A stretch of DNA of 64,000 nt from Rhodothermales bacterium (GTDB lineage Bacteria > Bacteroidota > Rhodothermia > Rhodothermales > Bin80), in NCBI GenBank assembly GCA_965116685.1, contig OZ220707.1, positions 1,570,625-1,634,624 of the forward strand, given 5' to 3'. Shown in pieces: positions 19,596 through 30,814 of the stretch (the first letter of the stretch is position 1; every line of letters begins with the position of its first letter). The notes beneath the pieces are model-generated. The model did not search any database, was not told where the DNA came from, and worked only from the letters and a program-made list of their open reading frames with translations. Both the position numbers and the translations under genes were made by a program.

Positions 19596-22500
19596 TCATA
19601 TCCCCTCCGCGTCGAACATCAGGCGATGGAAATCCTCTTCGATGAGCCGCACCCTCCACCGGTCGTCGGGGGTCTTGAGATTTTCGAGGTTATTGCTGCC
19701 ATTAACGTAAATGAGATCGAACTCGTTGTCTCTGGCCGAGTACCCCTGCTTGGTAAACCACTCGTTGAGGACCAAGTTGTCCCGCTCCGGATCGCCGCTG
19801 AGCTTGCGCCAGATGACGAGTATCCGGCGGGCGTCTGGCGTGGTACCGATCACGGTGCGGAACCAATACGGCCCGTCCGCCTCTTGCCTGAGGCATCCTT
19901 TCAAACGCAGGCGCCTCTCGCTGTCGCGCTCAAACGCGGCTCTGAAGGCCCACGGCGCGGCGATATGCCGAACCGTGAGCCCGATCAACCAATTGAAGGT
20001 CTCCAAGAGATCAACGTTGACTTCGCGGCTCTCATCCGATCCGGGACGCTTGACCTTAAGCTTGTATGCAGTGGGATCAGTAAAGGCTTCCACATTGAGT
20101 AGCGATTGGCTGCCGCGTGTCTCAACATCAAGTAGGTAGCGCAGAATGTACTGCTCCCTGAGACCGTCCGGGCCTTGCGCCTCGGAATCATCTAGCAGAA
20201 GTTGCTGCTCCTCGGTGCGCCGGGTCTCTAGGTTGTTGAGCGCATCTTCGTAGGATTCTAGACGGATCACCTTTACGATGCGAGGACTGCACGCTGCTTC
20301 CTCGGTGGACGCCAGACGCTTGGGTCTGCCGTCCTTCCACTCCGGCGTGAAAGTGAGTTTCTTGATGCGTGGCAGAAGAACAGTGTCGAAGTAGTCTCCC
20401 ATCTCAACGAGAATGAACTTGCGTCGGCCACCATCTTCGCGGTTCAAGTCGATCACGGCGTGGCCCGTGGTTGCAGAGCCAGCAAAGAAATCTAGTATCC
20501 AGGGATCTTTGAACTGCCAAGTCATTGCTTCAACGGCATCTCGCACTGTATATAAAGATTTTGGATAGGAAAACGCTTCGCGATCTCCCAATATGTGAGC
20601 CACAAGTGCGGTACCGTGCGGGCCTGCGTTGTACTTACGATCGGTCCAGTTGCTCATGAGGCTGTGGCGCTTGCCTGAGGTGTCTACCGCCAACTTCAGT
20701 GTTCCGGTCTCGCTCAGTACGATTTCGCCTCGTTCCAAGCATGCCGTCGCTGACTCAAACGAACGGCACCATACCTTCTCGTCACCGGATGGACTCATGG
20801 GGAAGAGCCTCACAAACCCTTCCGCAGTGTTAGCCACGGAGTATGCCGTGCCTAGGGGAGGTGGAGGTTCAAACCCAATGATCCTTCGGTTATTCTCATC
20901 TATCAGCACGGCATAAAAACTGTTAGGCCGGCCAGATCGCGACTTATTCTGACCCGGACCGCTGAGAATAAAACTCCTATATTCGATTTCGCCTGCCTTC
21001 TTCCTGCCTCGGAGTATGTCCATACCATTCGGTGTCATCATGAGCATGTACTCATGCGTCCGAGTCAAATTGTGGCTCATCCCACCTTGGGGGTGATGGT
21101 TGACGACGACCATATGGCGATCAAACTGCCTAAACATCTGATCAACGATCTCGCAGAGATGCACCATTTCATAGTCGTCTATAGCGATTGCATACGATGC
21201 TTGAGTTGTCAGTAGGCATTGCGATCGTTGAATCCGATTCTGCATAAGGGTGAGCCACGAGGATGTCTTGTATTCGTTCTTGTACACGAATTCCGAAGAT
21301 GCAGTATTGTAAGGCGGATCAATATAGACACAGTGCACACCGTCGTGAAACCTCTGCTCCAGCATTGACAGAGCTTGGAAGTTCTCGCTATGGAATACCA
21401 CGCCATCAGTCTGCTTCTCCAGATCGCCCATGGCTTGGAGTACCCTCTCTGTGAAGCTTGCGCAGAAGTGCCGTGTGTCTACAACTAGCGTCGGATGCCC
21501 CTTCAGAAATTCAGGTTTGAGCCTCCGGCTGTAGCCAGGCGTTGTTAGGTCTGCAGTGATCTCATCGATAGCACAGAGGCGCACCCATTCTTTATGCTGC
21601 CCCTCGTTTTCAGCGATCTCCGCGTAGAACGCGTCGGGGATGATTCCTACGGCGATGCAGTACTGCGTTTCCACCACAAATTTCTTCTTCAGCCAAAGCT
21701 TCTTCTGGAAGTCCTCGAGCTGGGCGAGGAAGTCAATGATCTTTCCAGCGACCTTTCGGATGACCTTGATCTTCGACAAATACTGCTCAACCCGGGGCGC
21801 GGACTCGTTCTCCACATCGTCGAGGTGCATGATTTCGTTCTTGATGAAGAAATCCAGCTCCCGACGGAGGAAGGTTCCGAGGTCTTTATGGATGAAGTAG
21901 TCGAAGGTGTTGCGCGCAGTGTAACGTCGGAGGTGCACCTCCAGTCGGCAGTAGGCGGCCTGCTCGCCACTCGCCAAGACGTGAGGTTTGCCGAGTTCTG
22001 TAATCCATGGCAACAAATCGGCGTCAGTGACGGCCCGGATCCATTTGGTAGCAAGCGCAATCAGGTCCTTCTGAGTCGGGGGTTTCCTCTTTCCGCCGCG
22101 TTCGTCCTCGGGCCAGTCAGTGAGCGTCGCCGAGCGATACTCGAAGCGGATGACAAGTTCCTTGCCATGCCCGCCGTCCTCTTCAGCAATAAAGTCGCGG
22201 CCAGCTTCGTCGGGCGCGCAAAGGATGAACGCACGATCCTTGTCCTCGGTAGACTTGACATTGCCGTGCTCACCCTCGGTGGCATCCGCTAGGCGGAAAT
22301 GGACGCACATGGGGTTCTCTTCGTCGCCCGGTCTCAAGCGGAACGCGTAATCCCGAAGGTACTCACTGCTCTTGATGTAGTAGTGGTCCTCGTTAGCCCA
22401 ATGGAGCGTGACCTCCTCGCCCCCGTAGGGAATGGCGTAGACCCCCGGCTTATAGACTCGCTTGGCGAGAAAATCGCCTTCGGAATAGTAGCGGCGGAAG

Positions 22501-22856
22501 AATGTGAACAGGTGATCATAGACTTCGCTTTCGAGTGTGGCGATATCCGCTGCGTCGCTCTCGATACGGGTACGCAGTTCCCTGACCTTGGGCGAATCGC
22601 TCGGGTCCATCCCCGCCGCCTTGACGCCTGTAATCACATCGGCGAGTTGCTTCTTCAGCTCTGCCTTATCAGCAGTCTTGTATTGGCCGAATGCCGCCTT
22701 GATCTGCGGCAGCAGGTCTTGGTCGAGGAACTGTGATACCTCGGCACTCTTGGCATGCATGATGCGATAGAGCCCGAAGTCCAAGTCGGGCTGGTTGAGC
22801 TGGAACAACTCCTTCAGCAGTGCTTTCAGATTTTTGAATTTCTGGCCATCTGGCAT
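19596..22856 (-). CDS. mod: Type III R-M adenine methyltransferase (Mod)
   Basis: [19 protein letters not shown]-terminus; YIDPPYNT (motif IV) precedes [11 protein letters not shown] (motif I), i.e. beta-class order; directly upstream of res. Confidence 0.92.
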   Translation of the reverse strand: MPDGQKFKNLKALLKELFQLNQPDLDFGLYRIMHAKSAEVSQFLDQDLLPQIKAAFGQYKTADKAELKKQLADVITGVKAAGMDPSDSPKVRELRTRIESDAADIATLESEVYDHLFTFFRRYYSEGDFLAKRVYKPGVYAIPYGGEEVTLHWANEDHYYIKSSEYLRDYAFRLRPGDEENPMCVHFRLADATEGEHGNVKSTEDKDRAFILCAPDEAGRDFIAEEDGGHGKELVIRFEYRSATLTDWPEDERGGKRKPPTQKDLIALATKWIRAVTDADLLPWITELGKPHVLASGEQAAYCRLEVHLRRYTARNTFDYFIHKDLGTFLRRELDFFIKNEIMHLDDVENESAPRVEQYLSKIKVIRKVAGKIIDFLAQLEDFQKKLWLKKKFVVETQYCIAVGIIPDAFYAEIAENEGQHKEWVRLCAIDEITADLTTPGYSRRLKPEFLKGHPTLVVDTRHFCASFTERVLQAMGDLEKQTDGVVFHSENFQALSMLEQRFHDGVHCVYIDPPYNTASSEFVYKNEYKTSSWLTLMQNRIQRSQCLLTTQASYAIAIDDYEMVHLCEIVDQMFRQFDRHMVVVNHHPQGGMSHNLTRTHEYMLMMTPNGMDILRGRKKAGEIEYRSFILSGPGQNKSRSGRPNSFYAVLIDENNRRIIGFEPPPPLGTAYSVANTAEGFVRLFPMSPSGDEKVWCRSFESATACLERGEIVLSETGTLKLAVDTSGKRHSLMSNWTDRKYNAGPHGTALVAHILGDREAFSYPKSLYTVRDAVEAMTWQFKDPWILDFFAGSATTGHAVIDLNREDGGRRKFILVEMGDYFDTVLLPRIKKLTFTPEWKDGRPKRLASTEEAACSPRIVKVIRLESYEDALNNLETRRTEEQQLLLDDSEAQGPDGLREQYILRYLLDVETRGSQSLLNVEAFTDPTAYKLKVKRPGSDESREVNVDLLETFNWLIGLTVRHIAAPWAFRAAFERDSERRLRLKGCLRQEADGPYWFRTVIGTTPDARRILVIWRKLSGDPERDNLVLNEWFTKQGYSARDNEFDLIYVNGSNNLENLKTPDDRWRVRLIEEDFHRLMFDAEGI

Positions 22857-22890
22857 CGGTTCCTCGTGGTTTCGTTGATCATGCGGGTTA

Positions 22891-23823
22891 CTACTCGGCT
22901 GCCCAACAGGTCGTGAAGAATATCTCCGTCGCCGTCCGCCGTGCCAAGCGGGCTTCCAGAGAGTCAATCAGCTGGTCGCACTTCTTGATGACCTGATCCT
23001 CGACCTTGAAGACATCCTGTCGCTGGCGGCGCCCGATTTTCTGGATCTTCTGCTGGATCTGATGCTGCTCTGTCAGGGTGACCACTCGCCGTACCTGCTG
23101 CCTCCGGGCTTTGATCTGGGCCTTGATATCCAGAAATGCTTTCTCCGCTGGCAGCACCATGTCGTCGGCCCAGCGTTCGAGCTTCTCGCGTGCCTCGTTG
23201 AAATACCTGTTGTTCTGTTCCAGCGAGCGGCTGACCGTGCCTCGAGCATGTCGATCAGATTCGTCGTTCAGACGCCACATCACCGAAGCCGGGATGGAAG
23301 CATTATCGTAGCCCTCATGAGGGGTCTGACCCCGGCAACTGAACAGCTTCTCCATCGTCTCTTGGTCGAGCTCTTCCCCAGCTTCGACGAAGCCATAGAA
23401 GAGCAGATACTCCTTCCGTTCGTAGGAGTGGATGGTGTGGCGGGTCAAGGCAAGGTAGCCGGTTTGCCCCCGCAGAGCCTTGATCACGTAGAGATACATA
23501 GAGTGGCAGGTCACGTCAAAGATGATCCGTATGGACAGTGTGGGAAGCGTCTTTGCGGTGTCGACGACATGCTCGCCGAGTGGGTGGGGCAAGCGATAGA
23601 GAAAGGCATTCCCGGCCTCGGCCGTCTTTCCGAGACCGACCTCGTCGGCCAGAATAGCACCTTTGGGGAGTGGGAACTGCAGTACGAAGAGTGCCATTGA
23701 CAATCGGTTCATCCTCCCGGTGGCCCGTCGCGTAAGGCCGCGGGCGAAATACTTGGCGTGGCGAGCCGTGATGGTCACCGGGAGCAGCGAAAAGTTGGAG
23801 TTGGCGAAGATATGTTCAGTCAT
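22891..23823 (-). pseudogene. SNF2-family helicase remnant with a large in-frame internal deletion
   Basis: HAKYFA...KGAILADEVGLGKTAEAG (motif I) is joined directly to the C-terminal NAFLYRLPHPLGEHV...coiled-coil region; the DExH and helicase-C motifs are absent. Confidence 0.8.
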
Positions 23824-24409
23824 CTGCCGACGCTGCTCTCGGTTGCTGACATTCGTCTTCCAGCGTGTGGGTGTTAATGGCTATTTGAGCGGACTGAACC
23901 CAAAGATACGGTGTTCGGCTGTTTCCGCGAGGGTTTGAGAGAGGACACTGCGGAGACGCTGGCTGCCGCGCGGCGCTCGCGGCCGCACCGTCAGCGCCGC
24001 GATTTAGGAATGGGTGGACGCTTCCACTGAAGCAGAATGTCTCTGCCCGGATGGGTGCACTGCGCGCGCGGTTACCCCCAGTCTAGACCGATCAGATCGT
24101 CCGATGGATACGCGAAGAGCGAGGGCGACTCCTGCCGCGTCGGTCCTTCCCAGCGCAAGATATAATAGCATAGCAGGTTCCTCAGCCGTGCCTTATCCTT
24201 CTGCTGAACCTAACCTTCAACTACTATGCTATCCCAACCCACACCCACTTCTTCCCGGACGCGTTACTTTATCGGACTGGACGTTCACCGTGCCACGATT
24301 GCGCCATGCGTTTATGATGTGGACCTGCGGCGTTTCTGTGATGAGCGGGAGTTTTCCGCACAAAAGCCGGAACGTCTGTCCCGATTTGTGCGTCAATGCG
24401 GTCTAAATA

Positions 24410-26373
24410 GTGCTTGGCAGAAAATACGAAAATCATCCAAGAATCTTCGATTCAAGGTCTCTGGAGTGGTTTTCGAGAATCGTCTCAGCTGCGAGTTTTT
24501 TTGGATTTCGGTAATTTCCAAGGGAATTGGGGGAATTACAGGCGTTCTGTGCCCCTAAACCAGAAATCTTCGCGTCCCATTGGGGGAGAAAAGCTTAACC
24601 CTGTTAGGACTTCGGCGTTTGATTCTTCACAACGTTTCTCTTTTTCTCATGCGTACGGTTTTTCAAACTCAGATGATGATTGGCATGGTTCCCATTGAGG
24701 AGATTGAACTTGATCTCAGGAGTCGGGACGATGTGATCGCCTATTTGTATGGTCTACAGCAGATCTTCAAGGATGCTCGGACCCGTAAAAGGCTGTTTGC
24801 TCATCTGGACTCCGGCTACAATCCTGTGGTCCGCAAGGATCGTGGACGTCCGGGAATGGACTTGTGGCGGATCTTGGTATTGGCGGGATTGCGGCAAGCG
24901 ATCCACTGTGATTATGATCGTCTGGCCCTGTTGGCCAATGAATTGAAGGTGCTTCGCCAGATGATGGGACACAGCGATGAGGATGACATGCAGTACAACC
25001 GTCAGACGATCCAGGATAATGTGTCGGCCCTGTCGCCGGCGCTTCTTGCGCAGATCAATCAATTGGTGGTGAACAAGGGGCACGAGGCGGTGGGACACAC
25101 CGAAGGGGATCTATTGAAGACACGAGGAGACTCCAAAGTCGTCAAAACGAATATAGAATTTCCCACGGATGTGCGTCTGCTGTGGGATACGATTCGGTGT
25201 TTGATCCGCGAGTGTGTCCGGGTATCCAAGCAGTTGGGGCTTCCAGGCTGGCGGCAGCATGCCTATCTTCAGAGAAAGACTTACGAACTGTTTCAGTCCA
25301 TTCGCACGGCTCGGCAGTACAAATCCAACCACGAGGGAGTCGAGGCATACCTGGAGCGCTGTCACCGGATCCGGGAGAAAGCAGAGCAACTGCTTCGTGA
25401 CTTGGACGCACTTGTTGCACCGTCCATGGATCAGAACCATGTGGGGCAACCCTCCGAATTGGATGCAAGACAGTTGGCTCAACTGCGGAACACAAAGGCA
25501 CGAATCGTGGAATTGGTCGCCTATGTAGTGAAATTTGTGGATCAAATCGATCGTCGTATTCTGCGGGGAGAAACGATTCCCCCGCAGGAGAAGGTATTGT
25601 CTATTTTCAAACCACATACGCGTTGGATCACCAAAGGGAAGGCTGGCGTGGTATGCGAGTTAGGGGTTCCGGTTGCGATGATTGAGGATGAGTACCAATT
25701 TGTCTTGGGGCACGAAATTATCTGGACGGGGACGGATAAGGATGTGGCCGTATCCCTGATTCAGTCGGTGCAGGCAATCTATCCAGACGCTCGGAGTTGC
25801 TCCTTGGATCGGGGCTTTTACAGTCCCGCAACGTTTGACGAGTTGGATCAGTTGTTAGAGGTCAACGCAACGCTGAAAAAGGGGCGATGTACGAAAGAGG
25901 AGCAGGAACGTCAGGCAACGGACTCGTTCAAACAAGGACGCAAAGGACATTCGGCGGTGGAATCTGCGTTGAATAATTTAGACCAACGAGGATGGGATGT
26001 GGTGCGTGAAGTGAGTCCAGAGAGCTTTGCGCGGGTGGTAGCTACAGCTGTACTGGCGGCCAATCTCCATCGGTTAGGACGTCTGGTTCGCAATCAGGAA
26101 CAGGAACGTGCCAAACGCCGCCGACGGCGTGCAGCGTAGAAGGCCTCTGAAATCGCGTCAAAACACGACCGCGCGTTCGGTGCGGATGGCAGAGCTACGT
26201 TCAGACCGCACGAAATCTGCCGATTTAGCATCGAAACACGACCAAAACAGGGTCCAAAACGGACCGAATGGACACGGCGTTTCCAACGTTCGTCAGATTG
26301 CAGAGAAAATTGAGCAAATCTGCCAACTTCTGCAGAATCAAAATTCAAAAAACGGCTATTTCCTGCCAAGCAC
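24410..26373 (+). mobile_element. ISNCY (ISDol1-like/IS5-related) insertion sequence, ~1964 bp
   Basis: Terminal IRs gtgcttggcag(a/g)aaata; flanking duplication TAAATA (or CTAAATAG, boundary ambiguous by 1 bp per side). Confidence 0.88.
24649..26139 (+). CDS. DDE transposase (ISNCY/IS5-like)
   Basis: GRPGMDLWRIL, RGDSKVVKTNIEFPTD, EKVLSIFKPHTRWITKGK, SLDRGFYS, HSAVESALNNL. Confidence 0.9.
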   Translation: MRTVFQTQMMIGMVPIEEIELDLRSRDDVIAYLYGLQQIFKDARTRKRLFAHLDSGYNPVVRKDRGRPGMDLWRILVLAGLRQAIHCDYDRLALLANELKVLRQMMGHSDEDDMQYNRQTIQDNVSALSPALLAQINQLVVNKGHEAVGHTEGDLLKTRGDSKVVKTNIEFPTDVRLLWDTIRCLIRECVRVSKQLGLPGWRQHAYLQRKTYELFQSIRTARQYKSNHEGVEAYLERCHRIREKAEQLLRDLDALVAPSMDQNHVGQPSELDARQLAQLRNTKARIVELVAYVVKFVDQIDRRILRGETIPPQEKVLSIFKPHTRWITKGKAGVVCELGVPVAMIEDEYQFVLGHEIIWTGTDKDVAVSLIQSVQAIYPDARSCSLDRGFYSPATFDELDQLLEVNATLKKGRCTKEEQERQATDSFKQGRKGHSAVESALNNLDQRGWDVVREVSPESFARVVATAVLAANLHRLGRLVRNQEQERAKRRRRRAA

Positions 26374-26480
26374 TAAATAGGATGATTTCCGTTGTTGCTA
26401 CGAAGCGTCTTTTTGCGACACGGCCCTCTACGAAGCGCTGACTGCACTGGGCGTTGATTGTGTCATTGTGATTGCCCATC

Positions 26481-26706
26481 TATTCAGATTGATGTTGCCC
26501 ACCTTGGGTGGATTTTTTTTGGAGCATTTTTTACGTTTGGTTTCGGGTTCAAATGAATATATTTTCTCTTGTTTCATGGCATGGATTTTTCGGGGTTTGT
26601 GAATTGTTTTCTCATGGAGTCGCCTTCGAGTTCAATTCGATAGGCGGGCTGAATGAGTCGACAGACGGTGCATATTCCGATGATGTGGATGACTGGAATC
26701 GCCACC
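26481..26706. mobile_element. IS21-like end remnants
   Basis: 26481-26513 matches 12677-12709 at 30/33 positions; a second TGCATATTCCGATGATG-type end starts at 26669. Confidence 0.6.
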
Positions 26707-28458
26707 TCACCTATTCACTTCTTGATCAAGCGGCCTGTACTCCACGAGCACTGACCGACCGGTGATGTCAACAATAGTGGCCATAATCTCAACTCCATAC
26801 GCGTCTGTGAGCCTCAACGGTTTGCCCAATCGGAAGGTGACCGGCTGCTGCTTTCCCTCATCAATTGCAATATTATCCGCGTATAGGTAGGCCCGATCCA
26901 GGTTATCCCGTTTCGGGTTTAGCCGTCCATTCAATCCCGGGATGTGCCCGGTAGCATTGGGGAAAATGACGGCACCACCAGCCGTAAGCGGATCGAGTTC
27001 CAACAGCAATCCCTCCTGGGACGGCCTCCATTCCCGTTCCAAACCTGCGGTGTAGCCTGGCATTGCGGCATACACAGTCATCGGCAAATGCGTCGTATAT
27101 AGATTGAAATCCGCTTCACCGTTTTCGTCGGTGGTCGCCCGCTGCCAAGTTTTGTTCGGGAAAAGAGCCAAAACATCCGCACCGATGACCGGCTCTCCTC
27201 CAGAATGTATCGTGATGACGGCATCCGACGGTACAAGTTCAAGCCGAGCAGCCGGAATGACTAGAACCAAATTTGTCTCATCATTGACTCTGTACTCCGG
27301 CGTGATACCTGCAATCTCATGGGTTTCTTTGAAGATGATTGAAACACCGTCCCCGCGTCGTTCCATTATATTTCTTCGGTGATGGGACCCAGGTATCTTC
27401 CCTACGGAGGTTCGCCCAAATACTGAAGTAAGAATCCCATTGCGGGCTGACTGGCTTGAATGCATCCCCTCTATGGTCATCCCATTGGGAAGCGAGCCGG
27501 GCGAGTCAATTTTCAGACGGTTTTTGAACATCGAAAGCCGGATGTGCCGGGTAGACATGGAGTAGTCACGATGCACAACAGCGTTCACCACTGCCTCGAA
27601 CACGGCAGCCAAGCTGTACTGGGGCATATCTTCACGGGCCGGTGTTTTTCGTGCCGCGACACGCATATTACGGGCTACAAACTTCATTGCATCAGCAATC
27701 TGAACAGAAAGCGGCCCTTGAATCTCCTGAGCATCCAACTGACCGGAGGCACGATCTTTACCACGATACCTAGTGGCCATAATCGTGGCTTGCGGCAACC
27801 ACTCCTGAGGTGAATCGGTGCAAAGTAGCACTCCGGCAACGGTTGCCCGATCCATATCAGCTTCATCAGATGTTAGCAACCTGAGATTCATCAGAGCACG
27901 ACGAGGATTGACTCCTCCCACTGCACTTATCAATGGCTCCCACAGTCGCTCAAGGAGTGTTTCAAATCCAGTATGGGGAACAGCCTGTTGGTCAAACCAG
28001 AGATATCGGCTCTGGGCACGTCCCTGAGCCAGACGCAAGCGTTCCTCAACTTCCATCGGACGCTTGGTTGCGCCGACCCGGAGGTATGTTCGACCAGCAC
28101 GCTCGTGCACAAAATTTCCCCGTGGTATCTCTACAAGTACGAAGATCTTTCCGTCAAGCTGTCGATGATGGACATCAATCCGAAGGGGAGGCTTAACGGT
28201 GTCGGTACTCACTTCAGCCAACAGTTGACTAAATGCAGTAGCCTGCTTCCGAGACATTCCCTGAAGCTCCCCACTGTCTGAAACTCCACAAAGAAGTACA
28301 CCACCACTCGCATTCGCAAAAGCAGCCATCTCATCGGCAAGATCCTCTCTTCGAGGGCTCTTTGGGTGATCACCGCTGAACTCAATCTGCTTGAATTCCC
28401 ACCTGCTATCCTCGCCTAATTGCAAACGCCGACGGACCTCTGCATCGGTGATATTCAT
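26707..28458 (-). CDS. Schlafen/AlbA_2 domain + RecG-C/GHKL-like (HATPase_c_4) domain + beta-rich C-terminal extension
   Basis: GEDSRWEFKQ, MAAFANASGGVLLCGVSDSG; AVFEAVVNAVVHRDYS, IDSPGSLP, MERRGDGV; the C-terminal GEPVIGADVLALF...TTDENGEA looks like an Ig/carboxypeptidase-regulatory-like fold. Confidence 0.85.
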   Translation of the reverse strand: MNITDAEVRRRLQLGEDSRWEFKQIEFSGDHPKSPRREDLADEMAAFANASGGVLLCGVSDSGELQGMSRKQATAFSQLLAEVSTDTVKPPLRIDVHHRQLDGKIFVLVEIPRGNFVHERAGRTYLRVGATKRPMEVEERLRLAQGRAQSRYLWFDQQAVPHTGFETLLERLWEPLISAVGGVNPRRALMNLRLLTSDEADMDRATVAGVLLCTDSPQEWLPQATIMATRYRGKDRASGQLDAQEIQGPLSVQIADAMKFVARNMRVAARKTPAREDMPQYSLAAVFEAVVNAVVHRDYSMSTRHIRLSMFKNRLKIDSPGSLPNGMTIEGMHSSQSARNGILTSVFGRTSVGKIPGSHHRRNIMERRGDGVSIIFKETHEIAGITPEYRVNDETNLVLVIPAARLELVPSDAVITIHSGGEPVIGADVLALFPNKTWQRATTDENGEADFNLYTTHLPMTVYAAMPGYTAGLEREWRPSQEGLLLELDPLTAGGAVIFPNATGHIPGLNGRLNPKRDNLDRAYLYADNIAIDEGKQQPVTFRLGKPLRLTDAYGVEIMATIVDITGRSVLVEYRPLDQEVNR

Positions 28459-28728
28459 GATGGAGCTCCGGGCTGTATTCTACGATTGTACAGGAGATTA
28501 TTCAACTGAGTACTGGGCCTTAAAATACGAAATCAAGTACCAACATGGAAGACTTGCAGACATTGTGGCACAGACAATAGCCCGTAATATTACTGACACC
28601 CAAGATATATTTATCCATATTTTGCACCTAAAACCACTTACACTTAGACACTGGTTTGATCCGAATTTGAAAGCAGAATTTGCTTTTGCACAGGAAAGTT
28701 GCGCATTCTCTTCCCGTGACAGTTAGCT

Positions 28729-30105
28729 CTATCTCCGTGTACTTGCCTCGGGGCGATCAGATGGCTGTAACTCATTGTTGCCCGTATTTCTGTGGCGCAC
28801 GGTGGCATCAATCATGTCCGAAAATACCTTCATAAACTGTTCCCGCCGATCAGGTGCTGCAAGTACTGAGAGCGGAAATCTCGGGCGTCCGTTAAGACGC
28901 TTTTCGAGTGATACCCCTTCAATCTGATTGAGAGTACTCCACAGTCTTTCCCTCGCTTCCAGGGTGTCATATGGCGCAATCATCCACTGAAAATTAATTT
29001 CTATTCTGCCATCGGCAATAACACAGAAGGTCCATTGAGGAATTGTTGAGTAACGAATATCTAATTGGAAATAGATCATCCGCTTACCGTACGGCATCCC
29101 TACTGGTAATCGATCATAGGACATCCGATGTCCACTGGCTCGTAGTTCGCCGTGCTTACGAAATGCCCAGTTGATCAGATCCTCGGCAATCTGGGCATCT
29201 TCCGAACCGGCACTAAATTTCATCTCTTCAACGAATGATTCTGGATCCACGATCTGCCCAGGCCCTGATGGGGGGATTTGGAATTCTGCAACGATGGACG
29301 CATGGTCACTCAGTTTATCAGTAACAACCCCATAGTCAACTCGCAAGTGCGTACACCTGCGGGCGAGTTCGGGCGTAGCATAAAGCCAGTCAATCTGCAT
29401 ATTGTGATAAGTGGGGATATGGAAACACTTATCCTCGGAACAGGGACAGTTAGATGTCGGCTCTGGGCGATCTTGAGCAGTTTCGGCAAGATTCATTAAT
29501 CCGAGGGATTCTACTGCGTTGAGGATGGCCCTATGGCGAGGAAGTTCTGGCTTGTCCTCGCTATAGGCAGTGGAGAGATTGAAATCACCTCCCAACACTA
29601 CCCGGCTACCAAACCGAGAGTCGAACAAAGGAATCAAATCGGCTACGATTCGGAGCATCGTCGTTTGCGCGTACACATCTATGAGACCATAAATACTTAC
29701 GCATGTGATCGGGCCGATTCCTGGAACTTCAGCCTGTGCAACGATCACCGTGCCTGGAAAAGTCCCCAACATACTAAACCGCTTTGCCCCGTAGCGCGTG
29801 CGTACCGCATCAATCTCCTGGACACTCGTGCCCTCTGAGAATGCCACCACGCTGGAACCCCACGGACGATACCCCGAAATCTCACGATGCACAAACTGAC
29901 TTTGATTGAAACCCGGTGGAGCGATACTCTCCTGAAAAAGCATCACATCCGTACTGGACTGTGTTCGCAGGTATTCCCACGCCTTTTCTCGCTGCTGCCG
30001 TGACCGCTTCCAATGGTCCATATTCCAAGTGCCGATCGAAAACCGTCTCCCCTGGACATGCGGATCTTTCGAACTTATCGTATCGGTCATGTCTCCTATT
30101 TTCAT
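28729..30105 (-). CDS. Endonuclease/exonuclease/phosphatase (EEP) family protein with a C-terminal accessory domain
   Basis: IGTWNM, DVMLFQE, VVLGGDFN, QIDWLY and LSDHASI motifs, followed by ~180 extra aa. Confidence 0.85.
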   Translation of the reverse strand: MKIGDMTDTISSKDPHVQGRRFSIGTWNMDHWKRSRQQREKAWEYLRTQSSTDVMLFQESIAPPGFNQSQFVHREISGYRPWGSSVVAFSEGTSVQEIDAVRTRYGAKRFSMLGTFPGTVIVAQAEVPGIGPITCVSIYGLIDVYAQTTMLRIVADLIPLFDSRFGSRVVLGGDFNLSTAYSEDKPELPRHRAILNAVESLGLMNLAETAQDRPEPTSNCPCSEDKCFHIPTYHNMQIDWLYATPELARRCTHLRVDYGVVTDKLSDHASIVAEFQIPPSGPGQIVDPESFVEEMKFSAGSEDAQIAEDLINWAFRKHGELRASGHRMSYDRLPVGMPYGKRMIYFQLDIRYSTIPQWTFCVIADGRIEINFQWMIAPYDTLEARERLWSTLNQIEGVSLEKRLNGRPRFPLSVLAAPDRREQFMKVFSDMIDATVRHRNTGNNELQPSDRPEASTRR

Positions 30106-30814
30106 AACAATTTTTTATTGCCTCTGCTTCTCACACGCAGATATCTCCTTGAGGCTATGGCAGATGGTACATTGATCCAGAATATAAGCCGCTTCCTCAT
30201 TTTTCTAAAAAACTCATTCTGAGGGAGCCTTCGAGGCAAGTTTGGTTTATGCTTCTTAGCTCTAACCCTACTTCCAAGAACACTTGCTCCGCCACGGGCG
30301 AAGTCAAACGACAATTCGTCTGACCATCAGTTAAGTTGAAGTTCCACAAGGAAAGCGTAGACACTTAGCGGAGCCGCAAACTGCATACCAGTGGAATGTA
30401 CTTCGCGCAAATGTATGCGGATAAAGTAACAGGCGTGATGCCAAAGGTGATCCAACTGTAGATTCTCTGTTGCAAGAAAATCACCCTCAATTCAAAGACT
30501 AATCATACATGTCTGGCGTCAGAGCGCAATCTATAAGGTCGCCCAGACGCTGCAATGCTCTCCGCCTACAAGTGTCCTGAAGAAATGCCGGCCCCACTCC
30601 GCGGAATCTCACGAATTCGTTACATCCTACAAAAACTCACGCATCGCTTCGCATATTCCTATCAACTGATGTCTATCCAGGATTGATGCCAAACGAGCGT
30701 AGTCCCGGCAATCACATGCAATGGGGATGCACCCGCATTCAACTTAGGATACGCAAATCATCTCCGCAACCCACCGAATCTCGCAGGTTGAAGAGATCCT
30801 CCCACTAAAATGAC

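Larger units (their letters stand above)
24226..26480 (+). pseudogene. Degenerate IS110-family recombinase fragment split by an ISNCY element
   Basis: YFIGLDVHRATI (24226 onward) continues after the insertion as DDFRCCYEASFCDTALYEALTALGVDCVIV; the frame is broken and the fragment is truncated at an IS21-like end. Confidence 0.75.

Noticed and set aside
21594-23700. Long plus-strand ORFs (232, 145 and 212 aa)
   Set aside because: Antisense shadows of the GC-rich mod and SNF2 genes, with no motifs.
30102-30814. ncRNA or small gene in the long intergenic gap
   Set aside because: No convincing repeat, hairpin series or credible ORF; probably decayed sequence.
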